Of a stretch of DNA of 64,000 nucleotides, positions 51,785-60,316 are shown piece after piece. Origin of the DNA: an uncultured virus (IMG/VR IMGVR_UViG_3300042905_002851) (Duplodnaviria > Heunggongvirae > Uroviricota > Caudoviricetes); the IMG/VR virus record IMGVR_UViG_3300042905_002851; one strand, given 5' to 3'. A program made the translations under genes and the position numbers. Positions within the stretch are counted from its first letter, which is position 1, and each line of letters starts with the position of its first letter. Under the pieces are notes generated by a model that was not told the DNA's origin, made no database searches, and saw only the letters and a list, made by a program, of their open reading frames with translations.

Positions 51785-52908
51785 CCAGGTAGAATTCTAA
51801 AGTCAGCTGGATTGAATAAGCTTGGTTGAGTTGCCATTGCAATTACTGAATCAACAGTAGATAATCCGTATTTTCTATCCCCAAAATAACTATTTGATCC
51901 CACAATGTATTTTACTTCCAAAGTTTCGGGATCAACTTGCTCAACTTTAATTCTTAATCCTTTTTGTCCTGGTATTTCTTTACCAGCATTAGAAAAAAGA
52001 CCTAACTTAGTAAGTTTATCCATCACTATAAGATACTCAGGATTAAAGTCTTCTTGGGCTTTTTCTATATATTCATCAATTAGATCTTCTAATTTTTGAC
52101 AAGATTCAGATTCAAATATTTCGATATCCATTACATAATGTTCCATCTCGTAAATTTCAGGAAGACTATGTCTAAATTTTTTATTTATTTTATCTATTAT
52201 TACATCAAGAGCATTCTTATCAAATTCACCATCTTCAACAAATAATTGAACCAAATTACCCCAACTTATAAAGTATAACCCAAAACACCACTTACCCCAT
52301 TTCTCAATTCCAAATTCACTAAGTGTATCGCAATATGCCCGTTTTATTTCTTGTTTAGCCCCCTCTTCTGTTGCGTTTGATTTTGCTGAACAGATAATAT
52401 CATCCATTTCATCTCCAATATTTTTGAAGTATTTATCTAATATACTAGTTATTTCACCTTCGTCATCAATTCTTTTTCCATCTTCAGGAATATTATCTAC
52501 AAGGTTAGGCGCAATTATTTTAAGTAACTCTCTTAGTTTAACGCCTGCAACACTACAAAGATAACCTAAAGTATAACCTTCACGCCAATCATCGTATGCT
52601 CGGTTACTACAGTCATCATAAAAATCATACGAACCATGATACATTCGATCATAGGATACGGCATCCCACTCACCATCAGTCCCCTCTTCAAAGGACTCAT
52701 AATGAAAAAATTTTAAAAATGCTTCTAAATCATCAAAGTCAAATAATAAACCATCATGTTTTACTTGGACATGGTCTAATTTAAGATCATTTTTATCACT
52801 TTTGAATTCAACATCATCAGGAGACAACTTTCGTTTATTTAAAAGAAGTATCTTTTGAAAATCGTCTAACTCTGAAATATCGTTTTCTATAAGTAATCTT
52901 TTTCTCAT
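51769..52908 (-). CDS. Hypothetical acidic protein
   Basis: Start moved to MRKRLLIE (upstream extension overlaps the tmRNA); late motif at 52915-52922. Confidence 0.7.
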   Translation of the reverse strand: MRKRLLIENDISELDDFQKILLLNKRKLSPDDVEFKSDKNDLKLDHVQVKHDGLLFDFDDLEAFLKFFHYESFEEGTDGEWDAVSYDRMYHGSYDFYDDCSNRAYDDWREGYTLGYLCSVAGVKLRELLKIIAPNLVDNIPEDGKRIDDEGEITSILDKYFKNIGDEMDDIICSAKSNATEEGAKQEIKRAYCDTLSEFGIEKWGKWCFGLYFISWGNLVQLFVEDGEFDKNALDVIIDKINKKFRHSLPEIYEMEHYVMDIEIFESESCQKLEDLIDEYIEKAQEDFNPEYLIVMDKLTKLGLFSNAGKEIPGQKGLRIKVEQVDPETLEVKYIVGSNSYFGDRKYGLSTVDSVIAMATQPSLFNPADFRILPGQLKR

Positions 52909-52923
52909 ATATTTATAAATATA

Positions 52924-52980
52924 TTGAATAATACAAATCTTTGTATTATATTTGTATTTATAATATAACAAGTTATTTGA
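52924..52980 (+). promoter_or_regulatory. Bacteroidota sigmaA-type promoter (TTG-N20-TATATTTG) plus boxA-like AAGTTATTTGA for tmRNA
   Basis: TTG 52924-52926, TATATTTG 52947-52954, boxA-like 52970-52980. Confidence 0.7.
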
Positions 52981-52985
52981 CATAT

Positions 52986-53395
52986 GGGGGTGTTTTTGGA
53001 TTTGACAGGTATTGGCTGAAGACAAAGGGCACGTGGAGACTGAATTAATCTCCTTAAAAACTGATTCACAAAAACAATCGGCGACGTTTTATCGAAAATG
53101 GAAACTCTTGGTTTACTGAGAGGTTCTGAAGTTACTGTAGCCTAAGAGGTTTACGGAAACGTGGGGTCGGTGGACACATAACCTAGCAACAGAAGTCTTT
53201 ATGGTGGAATACGACTGAACCATAAATCGAGTCGTCCATTGGTTGTTGATTTACGATGGTGAAGAACAAATCAACTTTGTTTTTGGTCAAATTAAAACCA
53301 AATATTTTGGGGTATTAAAAAATACCAACCTAAACGTGTAGTCCTTCTCTGACAGGATATTATGGACCGGAGTTCGAGCCTCCGCACCTCCACCA
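52986..53395 (+). ncRNA. ssrA: tmRNA
   Basis: GGGGGTG/CACCTCC acceptor stem with G3-U70, GGATTTGAC D-loop, T-arm CGGAG-TTCGAGC-CTCCG, encoded ACCA; tag frame 53080-53145 GDVLSKMETLGLLRGSEVTVA*. Confidence 0.95.
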
Positions 53396-53400
53396 AATGT

Positions 53401-53428
53401 AAACCTCATCTTCGGATGGGGTTTTTTT
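53401..53428 (+). terminator. tmRNA terminator
   Basis: AAACCTCATC-TTCG-GATGGGGTTT followed by T-run. Confidence 0.85.
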
Positions 53429-53525
53429 ATGCACTATAATTATATTTTAGTGTTGTGCGAATATTATATTTTAGAGCACAAAAAAACCCACCAAAAGGTA
53501 GGTTTAGTTTTAAAATAATATAAAA

Positions 53526-53711
53526 TTATTTTTTTGTTGTGTCAGAAACAACTTCAGTTGTTGTTAAAGTAGAATCCGATACGTTTGTTACATCTTGACT
53601 TGAAACTTCAGTTGTGGTTTCAGTTGTTGCTCCATTTCCGTTTTCACCACAAGCCGTCATAAGAGTGATTGTCGTAAAAATAGCAATAGATAAGAGAATT
53701 AATTTTTGCAT
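53526..53711 (-). CDS. Small lipoprotein with Thr/Ser-rich tail
   Basis: Signal peptide with LMTA-C lipobox; D-S-T/D-T-T motifs. Confidence 0.7.
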   Translation of the reverse strand: MQKLILLSIAIFTTITLMTACGENGNGATTETTTEVSSQDVTNVSDSTLTTTEVVSDTTKK

Positions 53712-53749
53712 GCTTTCAATTAAATTTAAAGTTTATGTTAAAAATAAAA

Positions 53750-54620
53750 ACCTGAGATTACAGTTTTTGTAAGTGTCTTTCGAGTCATTATTGGTTCTAC
53801 TCTTATCCACAGGATTTTGTCCCGTAACACTCATTACCGATTGGTTAGACCAATCACCCCTTGACGATACAACTACTCTCTTACTACTCCTGTCTCCCCA
53901 AGATTGCGTCCTGGTTCGGTCTTCGACGACCTAGAGATTTTTCATAAAAATACGGTCAAACTTGCGGTTATCACGTTCCACTGACAGCCAGTGAATAGGT
54001 GGGTAACTTCCGTTATATCGTGACGAACACTTTTGCTTTTTAGTTATAAGTTTTACCTTTTCTATAAAAGTTTTTGTGTTGTGGATTGATCAAAGTTGTG
54101 GTCCGTCTTAAGCTTCATTATCTTTTGAATAACAAAATACCAAACAACTCCGTGAAATGTCCCCATTTCAATATTTCAAGACTACTTCGAAACTAACCCC
54201 TTGGTAGAAGTCGGTTAAGGTTAATAACGGCACCACCCGTACGTTAACATACCTTTCGGTTTTAAGTATCCTATGATACTGGAACCCGCAATAACAACAT
54301 TGGAAATATTGATTCTTGCAACGTCCCTACGAGTTATTCCTATTGGAGTTCCCTCCTCAACAAGATGACCCACATCACCTCGTCATAAAATCACTTTCCC
54401 TACACCGTTGGCCTCGGTACTAAAGATCTTATGGTATCTCGCCTGTGTACTCGACCTCAATATTCCGAAGACTATTGAGACGCAAACCCGTTACACTTGG
54501 GGGTTCACTTTATCCTACTTTCGTAGTTTATTTTATGGACTATACACGGCCCAATATCTTTATCAGTTTCACTCTTAAACCCGAAGGTTCTTAACCTAAT
54601 CCTGAACGGATAATATCTAA
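53750..54620 (-). ncRNA. Giant structured non-coding RNA (~870 nt), GOLLD-like candidate
   Basis: No ORF >=60 aa, visibly higher GC than flanks, many minus-strand hairpins with UUCG/GNRA loops, tandem promoters and boxA-like element upstream, T-rich run after ...GTAATCTCAGG. Confidence 0.75.
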
Positions 54621-54624
54621 AATT

Positions 54625-54791
54625 TCAAAGAACTTTATCGGACGTTTCCGATTTGTTTTACAAAGATAAGAATACTTTTTGAATTTTCCAAATTTTTTCT
54701 AAACTTTTTTGTTTTTTTTTGAGATTTGTGTCTGAACTGTTATCTACCTCATTTGTCTTACAAAGATAATAACTTTATTTTGTTATATCAA
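54625..54791 (-). promoter_or_regulatory. Two tandem Bacteroidota sigmaA-type promoters plus boxA-like AAGTTCTTTGA
   Basis: TATCTTTG at 54661-54668 and 54761-54768, each with TTG 20 nt upstream; boxA-like 54625-54635. Confidence 0.7.
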
Positions 54792-54808
54792 GTAATTTGT
54801 AATATTTT

Positions 54809-54946
54809 TTAATATTTTTCTATATAAACATCATATGTTCCATAGTATTGTGCTCTTAGTTGTGCAAATACTAAATTAGATGTCCACATTTTTTTTCCGT
54901 TGGCAATATAAACATACATTTCAACAATTTTAATTTCCTCTACCAT
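54809..54946 (-). CDS. Small hypothetical protein (45 aa, not in ORF track)
   Basis: MVEEIKIVEMYVYIANGKKMWTSNL...; TTGACT-N17-TATATT at 54970-54998. Confidence 0.55.
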   Translation of the reverse strand: MVEEIKIVEMYVYIANGKKMWTSNLVFAQLRAQYYGTYDVYIEKY

Positions 54947-55003
54947 AATTTTTTTATTTTATATTTAAAAATATATAATATATATAAACATTAGTCAAAT
55001 TTA

Positions 55004-56413
55004 TTAAAGATTTTTTTTCATTAAATCTTTCATTCGATTAACCTCTTCATTAATTTTATGTGTTTTTTTGTTTTCACTTATGTTACTTGTTGAATTTGAA
55101 GATCCGCCAATATAGTATAAATGCCAAGGTTCTGGAATTCTTAATTTTCCTGTGTTAACATATGTTACCTCAAACCCATATTTGCTCGCATTTTTTGATA
55201 CCCATTCCTTAACATCTTTATTTGCGTCCCACCACGAATTTTCCACACTAAAAATATCAAAAGCTTTTCCTGTGTGATGTTGACTAAATCCAGGTAAAGA
55301 ATTTGATTTTTGCGTATCATCAACCCCTCTTGTTTTAGCCTTTGTTCCAAAATTTAAAACTTGGTCGTCATAACTTCTATAACCTGATACGATATCAGAC
55401 GGATATTTTACATTAGGGTAATCAAGTTTACAATCTTTTATTAATTCTTTAACTTTTTTCTCGGCCTCTTTATTAACTCCACCATTATCAGGACTTGGAT
55501 TTCCTTCCATCTTAAACTCTTTATCTATATTATCTTGTGTAATATTTAAATTATACGGCGATTTTTTTAACTTTTCTATTGAAGACAAAACACCTGATGG
55601 TAGTTTGGTGTCTTTTATGTTTTGACTATTTTTAATTGTTAGTTTTTCGTTTCCAGATTTTTTACCAGGAGAAAACATATCCAACCAACCCATTAATTCT
55701 TTACCCCCAAATAAACTAAACAAAGAGTTATTATTTTTGGTATCACCACTTACATCATTAGTTGTTGTATCATTAGTTGTTGTATCATTAGTTGTTGTAT
55801 CGGTATTTGTTGTGGTTGGTATACCAGAATTATCTTTAAAATCATCCACAGATGGTGGTGATGAAGAGTTTTGGAGTCTATTTGAAATGTGTAAGTGGTT
55901 GTAGTGATTTCCTCCAATGTTTGTGTGCCACAAAACTGCCTTGTCTTTACCACTCTCGGTATTCCATGTATATCCCATTGACACTAACGCATCTTTTAAT
56001 TTAAACCCTAATTCTCTAAATTTTGCCAACCCATTTGTTGCGTTAGACGCTCCTCCTGAACCAACACCGTCTAATATTGCAACATCAACACCAGTACCGT
56101 TCATATGCCTACTTACATTTTTAGATCCTTTTACATTTCTATTATGTCCTGTTTTAGCGGTGGTTATTGTTGCAACAATTCCTACAGATTTTGCGGCAGC
56201 ATTTATATCATCTAATAACGGTTTATTAACAGAATCGTTTTGGGTTCCATCACTATCAAATTTTAAATTTGGATAATTAGTGCTATTAAGTTTAACTAAA
56301 TTAAGATCTTCATTAATTATATTTTTGTTATTTAATATGTCATCATATTTAGAAATGATCTCTATTATTATATCATTTTCTTTTATGTGATTTCTATGAA
56401 AATTATTACTCAT
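55004..56413 (-). CDS. Peptidoglycan peptidase with two M15-type domains (C-terminal VanY-like)
   Basis: N-domain SRH..G.GVD...HYNHLH; C-domain SGYRSY..Q...PGFSQHHTGKAFD...EPWH..Y; DTTTN linker repeats. Confidence 0.8.
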   Translation of the reverse strand: MSNNFHRNHIKENDIIIEIISKYDDILNNKNIINEDLNLVKLNSTNYPNLKFDSDGTQNDSVNKPLLDDINAAAKSVGIVATITTAKTGHNRNVKGSKNVSRHMNGTGVDVAILDGVGSGGASNATNGLAKFRELGFKLKDALVSMGYTWNTESGKDKAVLWHTNIGGNHYNHLHISNRLQNSSSPPSVDDFKDNSGIPTTTNTDTTTNDTTTNDTTTNDVSGDTKNNNSLFSLFGGKELMGWLDMFSPGKKSGNEKLTIKNSQNIKDTKLPSGVLSSIEKLKKSPYNLNITQDNIDKEFKMEGNPSPDNGGVNKEAEKKVKELIKDCKLDYPNVKYPSDIVSGYRSYDDQVLNFGTKAKTRGVDDTQKSNSLPGFSQHHTGKAFDIFSVENSWWDANKDVKEWVSKNASKYGFEVTYVNTGKLRIPEPWHLYYIGGSSNSTSNISENKKTHKINEEVNRMKDLMKKNL

Positions 56414-56428
56414 GCTAATAAATACACC

Positions 56429-56902
56429 TTAAATTAAAAACCATTCAGGAATGTCTCTATTTTTCCATTTTGCAAAATCTTTTTTTGCCCCTATATAGTA
56501 GTTTCTATAAGATTGTATGACGTTATTAACTTTATATTCATCTGGCATAGCTTTTGGTGGTTCTGTGAACTCTGTGTCGGAAATGTTTGGTTTGTTTGTT
56601 AAACACCACTCTATTACCTCCTGAGACTTATGTCTTCTACCATAACGATATGTGTATTCTTTACATAACTCCAAACCAAAATCACATAAATAAAGATAGT
56701 TGGATAAAGATTCTCGAGACCAAATTGCGCATGGGTGATTTTTGTGAGATAACTTATATGGGATTTGATCGGTTACTTGATTTGTTACATGATGAACACC
56801 ACATAAAAGTTGTGCTGTTTCCAAAATCATTTTTACTACGTGTTTGTCACAATGATATTGTGCGCATTTTTTTGTGTCAAAATCTAAAAAGAAAATATTC
56901 AT
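56429..56902 (-). CDS. Pyrimidine-dimer DNA glycosylase/endonuclease V-family protein
   Basis: MNIF.LD...CA..HCDKHVVKMILE.AQLL; H.NHPC..W; EY..RYG..H. Confidence 0.7.
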   Translation of the reverse strand: MNIFFLDFDTKKCAQYHCDKHVVKMILETAQLLCGVHHVTNQVTDQIPYKLSHKNHPCAIWSRESLSNYLYLCDFGLELCKEYTYRYGRRHKSQEVIEWCLTNKPNISDTEFTEPPKAMPDEYKVNNVIQSYRNYYIGAKKDFAKWKNRDIPEWFLI

Positions 56903-56938
56903 ACAGTAAAGGTATGAATTAAATTGTAATTTACAAAA

Positions 56939-57541
56939 TTATTGTTCTAAATGTGTCATTAACACTCCACCAAGAGATGTAGCATAAACCTGAAGATGTT
57001 TTATTGAATCTTCATCAAGTTTAGTTTTTCTTTTTGTGTAATCAAGACCTAAACACCCAATAAACTTATCATCAATTGTTTTAATTGCAAATAAATACCC
57101 CGATTTACATCCTGTGTCTTCGGCAATATACTTTAATCCAAAAGTTGCAATGGTTTCGTCTTTATAGTCTGAAATTTCAATCACATCATTACTTAATAAT
57201 TGATTAATTGATTTTGAAAATAAATTAACGGGGATATTATGAAAATTACTTTGTACTGATGATATACCAGGATTTACCGTTTCATACATTATTGAAAACT
57301 TTGCCATTGATTTACCTGTTGGATAAAAATTTCCACCATTGTGAAATTGTGTGATCCAAACTCTATCAGGTTTAAATTCATCTTTTATATCTTCAATTTT
57401 ATGGGTAACAAGTTCACTAACTCTAAGAGTTTCTCTAACCATATCCGGTTTAACTTTTTTCTTTTCTAATTTATTTTTAATGTAAACTAAAAGTATAGGT
57501 CCTAAAACACCTGTTATAAACGCAATAATAATTCCTGTCAT
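56939..57541 (-). CDS. Single-TM protein with GAF-like domain (T4 T-holin-like architecture)
   Basis: N-terminal hydrophobic helix; DRVWITQFHNGG...FS..YE...IG.LGLDY; near endolysin-like gene. Confidence 0.5.
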   Translation of the reverse strand: MTGIIIAFITGVLGPILLVYIKNKLEKKKVKPDMVRETLRVSELVTHKIEDIKDEFKPDRVWITQFHNGGNFYPTGKSMAKFSIMYETVNPGISSVQSNFHNIPVNLFSKSINQLLSNDVIEISDYKDETIATFGLKYIAEDTGCKSGYLFAIKTIDDKFIGCLGLDYTKRKTKLDEDSIKHLQVYATSLGGVLMTHLEQ

Positions 57542-57579
57542 ATTTTCAAACTTATAAATGATAAATATAATGATTAATA

Positions 57580-57605
57580 AAAAAACCCACCAAAAGTGGG
57601 TTTTT
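57580..57605 (-). terminator. Terminator
   Basis: AAAAACCCAC-caaaa-GTGGGTTTTT. Confidence 0.75.
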
Positions 57606-57625
57606 AATTTTAAAAATAATAAAAG

Positions 57626-57799
57626 TTAATTTTTGTTTTTAACAACAATTGACCAAATGGCTCCTGCCAATGTAGTGGCTCCTCCTAAGATTTCTTGCAC
57701 CATTGAATCCTCAACGATTCCTTTCATGACAAGAATACCGCCAATAAATGTAATGGTATGCCTAACGATGCCCAATAATTTTTCTTTTGTTAATTTCAT
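57626..57799 (-). CDS. Putative small holin-like two-TM protein (57 aa, not in ORF track)
   Basis: MKLTKEKLLGIVRHTITFIGGILVMKGIVEDSMVQEILGGATTLAGAIWSIVVKNKN; late motif at 57827-57834. Confidence 0.65.
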   Translation of the reverse strand: MKLTKEKLLGIVRHTITFIGGILVMKGIVEDSMVQEILGGATTLAGAIWSIVVKNKN

Positions 57800-57850
57800 A
57801 ATAAAATATTTAATGTTTATTTTACTATAAATATAAACAAATTGGTTAAA

Positions 57851-57943
57851 TTACAATTTATGTTTATTTACCATATACATACAGGTTAGAATTCCAACCA
57901 AACAAACCGGTATTCCTATTGCGATATAAATTTCTATTTCCAT
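57851..57943 (-). CDS. Tiny single-TM peptide (30 aa)
   Basis: MEIEIYIAIGIPVCLVGILTCMYMVNKHKL. Confidence 0.4.
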   Translation of the reverse strand: MEIEIYIAIGIPVCLVGILTCMYMVNKHKL

Positions 57944-58021
57944 GATATATATTTGTTATAAATACGTATAAAATTTTGATTTAAATTAAAAAAAAGACTA
58001 ATGATTATCAAATAACACTAA

Positions 58022-58231
58022 CTAATTACTATTTGACTCTAAATCTTTTTTTTCAAATAAACGTTCAAAGTAGTTAGTCCAATGTTCAAATATTGGGTAA
58101 ATTATTATGACCCCAAACAACCCTAATATTATCGAAATAATTGATATTTTATGTTGAACATATATTGAACAAAATACAATTCCAATAAATGAAATTAAAC
58201 AACCAACAACTTTTGCTAAAATTTTTCTCAT
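58022..58231 (-). CDS. Small two-TM membrane protein
   Basis: Two hydrophobic segments; ATG at 58231. Confidence 0.6.
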   Translation of the reverse strand: MRKILAKVVGCLISFIGIVFCSIYVQHKISIISIILGLFGVIIIYPIFEHWTNYFERLFEKKDLESNSN

Positions 58232-58241
58232 ATTTTTATAA

Positions 58242-58484
58242 TTAAGATTTAGCAATGTGTTTTTTCATTAGTTCTGATGCCTTATTAACCGCCAATTCTT
58301 TGGTTTTAAAACCTGACTCAACAATTTTTTTAGCATGATACACAACATACTCTGTGTTTTTAACCTCACCTTTTAACCATTTTAATTTTGAGGCTTTAGC
58401 TGGTTTAAGACTGTCTTTTGCGTAGATGTCTAAATGTCCTACTTTTTGGATGTAGCGTCCTTTGTTTCCCGATTTTAACGACAT
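58242..58484 (-). CDS. Basic hypothetical protein
   Basis: ORF with A-rich leader. Confidence 0.65.
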   Translation of the reverse strand: MSLKSGNKGRYIQKVGHLDIYAKDSLKPAKASKLKWLKGEVKNTEYVVYHAKKIVESGFKTKELAVNKASELMKKHIAKS

Positions 58485-58527
58485 AGTTTATTTTTTTTAT
58501 TTTAAGTTAAACAATTATACATTTTTT

Positions 58528-58806
58528 TTAAATCAAAGCATCCCATTCAGATACTATGAATTCAAGTTTTAAAAATCCCTCTACAGGAATATAGGTCACT
58601 TGAAAACCTCCAGATCCGACACTTGTTTCTCGTTCAATCGAATCCGTTAATAACTCTCTTGCCTTTTCTCGAATCTCACCCATACAAGGTATTCCTTCTT
58701 CAGCACCATCCCACTGCCATCGTAAAGATCTCATGGTTTTATGAACTTTTTCAAAGTCAAACCAATCCATAACATTATCTAAAGCTTTTCTTTGTTCGTC
58801 AGTCAT
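58528..58806 (-). CDS. Hypothetical phage protein
   Basis: FDFEKVHK.M..L.W.W...GGF motif; TATATTTG at 58811-58818. Confidence 0.7.
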   Translation of the reverse strand: MTDEQRKALDNVMDWFDFEKVHKTMRSLRWQWDGAEEGIPCMGEIREKARELLTDSIERETSVGSGGFQVTYIPVEGFLKLEFIVSEWDALI

Positions 58807-58829
58807 ATTACAAATATAAACAATTTTTT

Positions 58830-59099
58830 TTATAAAGACTGCACATTCTCCATAATTTCTGTAACATCTTTTGGATTTAAATAACCAATCACATCATCCG
58901 TTACCGAAGTATCGTAGGTTATATCACCATCTTTACCCAAAACGGCAACTTCAAACAAACCATCTTTACCACCATATGAATGTGTGTGAGAAACAACAGA
59001 TACACCGTATCCATTTTCAAACATCATTCGACACTTCACACCAATTTGGAAAGGTGCGTCTTCAATTTTTTCAAACTCTAAATCTTCAAATTTTTTCAT
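58830..59099 (-). CDS. Hypothetical phage protein
   Basis: FENGYGVSVV...SYGG..GLFEVAVL...DDVIGYL motif; TATATTTG at 59104-59111. Confidence 0.75.
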   Translation of the reverse strand: MKKFEDLEFEKIEDAPFQIGVKCRMMFENGYGVSVVSHTHSYGGKDGLFEVAVLGKDGDITYDTSVTDDVIGYLNPKDVTEIMENVQSL

Positions 59100-59155
59100 A
59101 ATACAAATATAAGTATTTTATTTTAATTATTAGCATATTTATAATAAAATAAATT

Positions 59156-59797
59156 ATGAAAAATATTAACGATCATAAAAAAAGATTTTACAACTTAATG
59201 GAATCCACAATTGGTGATGTTAGACCATTACTTATGGAAGTTTATACTCCACCTGGAGCAATAAAAGGAAGAAGTAGGGATTTTAAAGACAAAGCATCTT
59301 TCGAGGCGTTTAAAACCGTTCCTAAAGTTTCATTGTCCAACGGTCCATGGGTAAGAGATTTAACTTTGTTTCCTTCATTAGTTGAAAAGACTAATGACAG
59401 TAATAGACCTGCTCAGTGGAATTCGTGGGTAAGAAAGCTGAATCCTAATATTAATATAGCGGTAACTACAATGAATGGTGAACTTTCAATGATGGCCGCT
59501 CAGATATTTTTAGTAAGTGCTTTAGTGGGATTAAGAAATTTAATTACAGATGTTGATAGATTTTTTTCAGTTATATACAATACTCCAGGTCTTCAGGCAG
59601 CATTTAAAGCCGCTGGTGGTGATCATACTGATACTTCAAGAATAGGGATTTATAGTGGACAAGTACGTGATCGGTATGTAAATAAAACAACCTTTAAAAA
59701 TTACATAGATATTATTAACCCAATTTATACAGAACGACTCACCTCATACGCAATGCCCGAGGCACCTACAAAACCCCAATCATCTACAAAACCTTAA
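59156..59797 (+). CDS. Hypothetical protein, conserved leader plus variable domain (paralog 1)
   Basis: Leader MKNINDHKKRFYNLMESTIGDVRPLLME. Confidence 0.75.
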   Translation: MKNINDHKKRFYNLMESTIGDVRPLLMEVYTPPGAIKGRSRDFKDKASFEAFKTVPKVSLSNGPWVRDLTLFPSLVEKTNDSNRPAQWNSWVRKLNPNINIAVTTMNGELSMMAAQIFLVSALVGLRNLITDVDRFFSVIYNTPGLQAAFKAAGGDHTDTSRIGIYSGQVRDRYVNKTTFKNYIDIINPIYTERLTSYAMPEAPTKPQSSTKP

Positions 59798-59812
59798 TAA
59801 AACCCAACAATT

Positions 59813-60316
59813 ATGAAAAAAATTAACGATTATAAAAAAAGATTTTACAACTTAATGGAATCCACCATGGGAGATTCTAAACCATTAATTAATGAAGTGT
59901 TTGATTCACTCACTGTAAATACAAATATAACAACCGCACTACAAGGGGTTGCAACATTCTATAATAACTCATTAAATCAATATTACACAGACAACCCTAA
60001 TAAACCTAAGAATTATTTTTCAGTTAAAAGAACAACGGGAATGAGAGACTCTAGTGGTGAAGAAGAGATTGTGTGGAAGCCATACTTTGGGAATACAGAA
60101 CTTAATGTTGATGGGGTAAGACTTAGGGCTATTTATGACTATCAATTTAAAGCTGTCCCCACCATGAAAACATTTATAAATACTGGATTAATAGATCCTA
60201 TTATGAATAAGATGACTAAAATTGATGGGGTTTCAAGGGTTAATACAACACCGTCTAACACAGCAGTTACTGCCATAACTAACATTCTTAAACAAGTTAA
60301 TCCGACAAGGCCCTAA
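59813..60316 (+). CDS. Hypothetical protein, conserved leader plus variable domain (paralog 2)
   Basis: Leader MKKINDYKKRFYNLMESTMGDSKPLINE. Confidence 0.75.
   Translation: MKKINDYKKRFYNLMESTMGDSKPLINEVFDSLTVNTNITTALQGVATFYNNSLNQYYTDNPNKPKNYFSVKRTTGMRDSSGEEEIVWKPYFGNTELNVDGVRLRAIYDYQFKAVPTMKTFINTGLIDPIMNKMTKIDGVSRVNTTPSNTAVTAITNILKQVNPTRP

Noticed and set aside
52909..53025. N-terminal extension of ORF 51769-53025
   Set aside because: Overlaps the tmRNA and its promoter; the likely start is 52908
53750..54620. rRNA fragment, RNase P RNA or group I/II intron
   Set aside because: No rRNA or RNase P signature recognised by eye, no interrupted flanking gene, and it has its own promoters; a covariance-model search is still needed
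57633..57830. Plus-strand 65-aa ORF
   Set aside because: Antisense shadow of the holin-like gene 57626-57799 (-)
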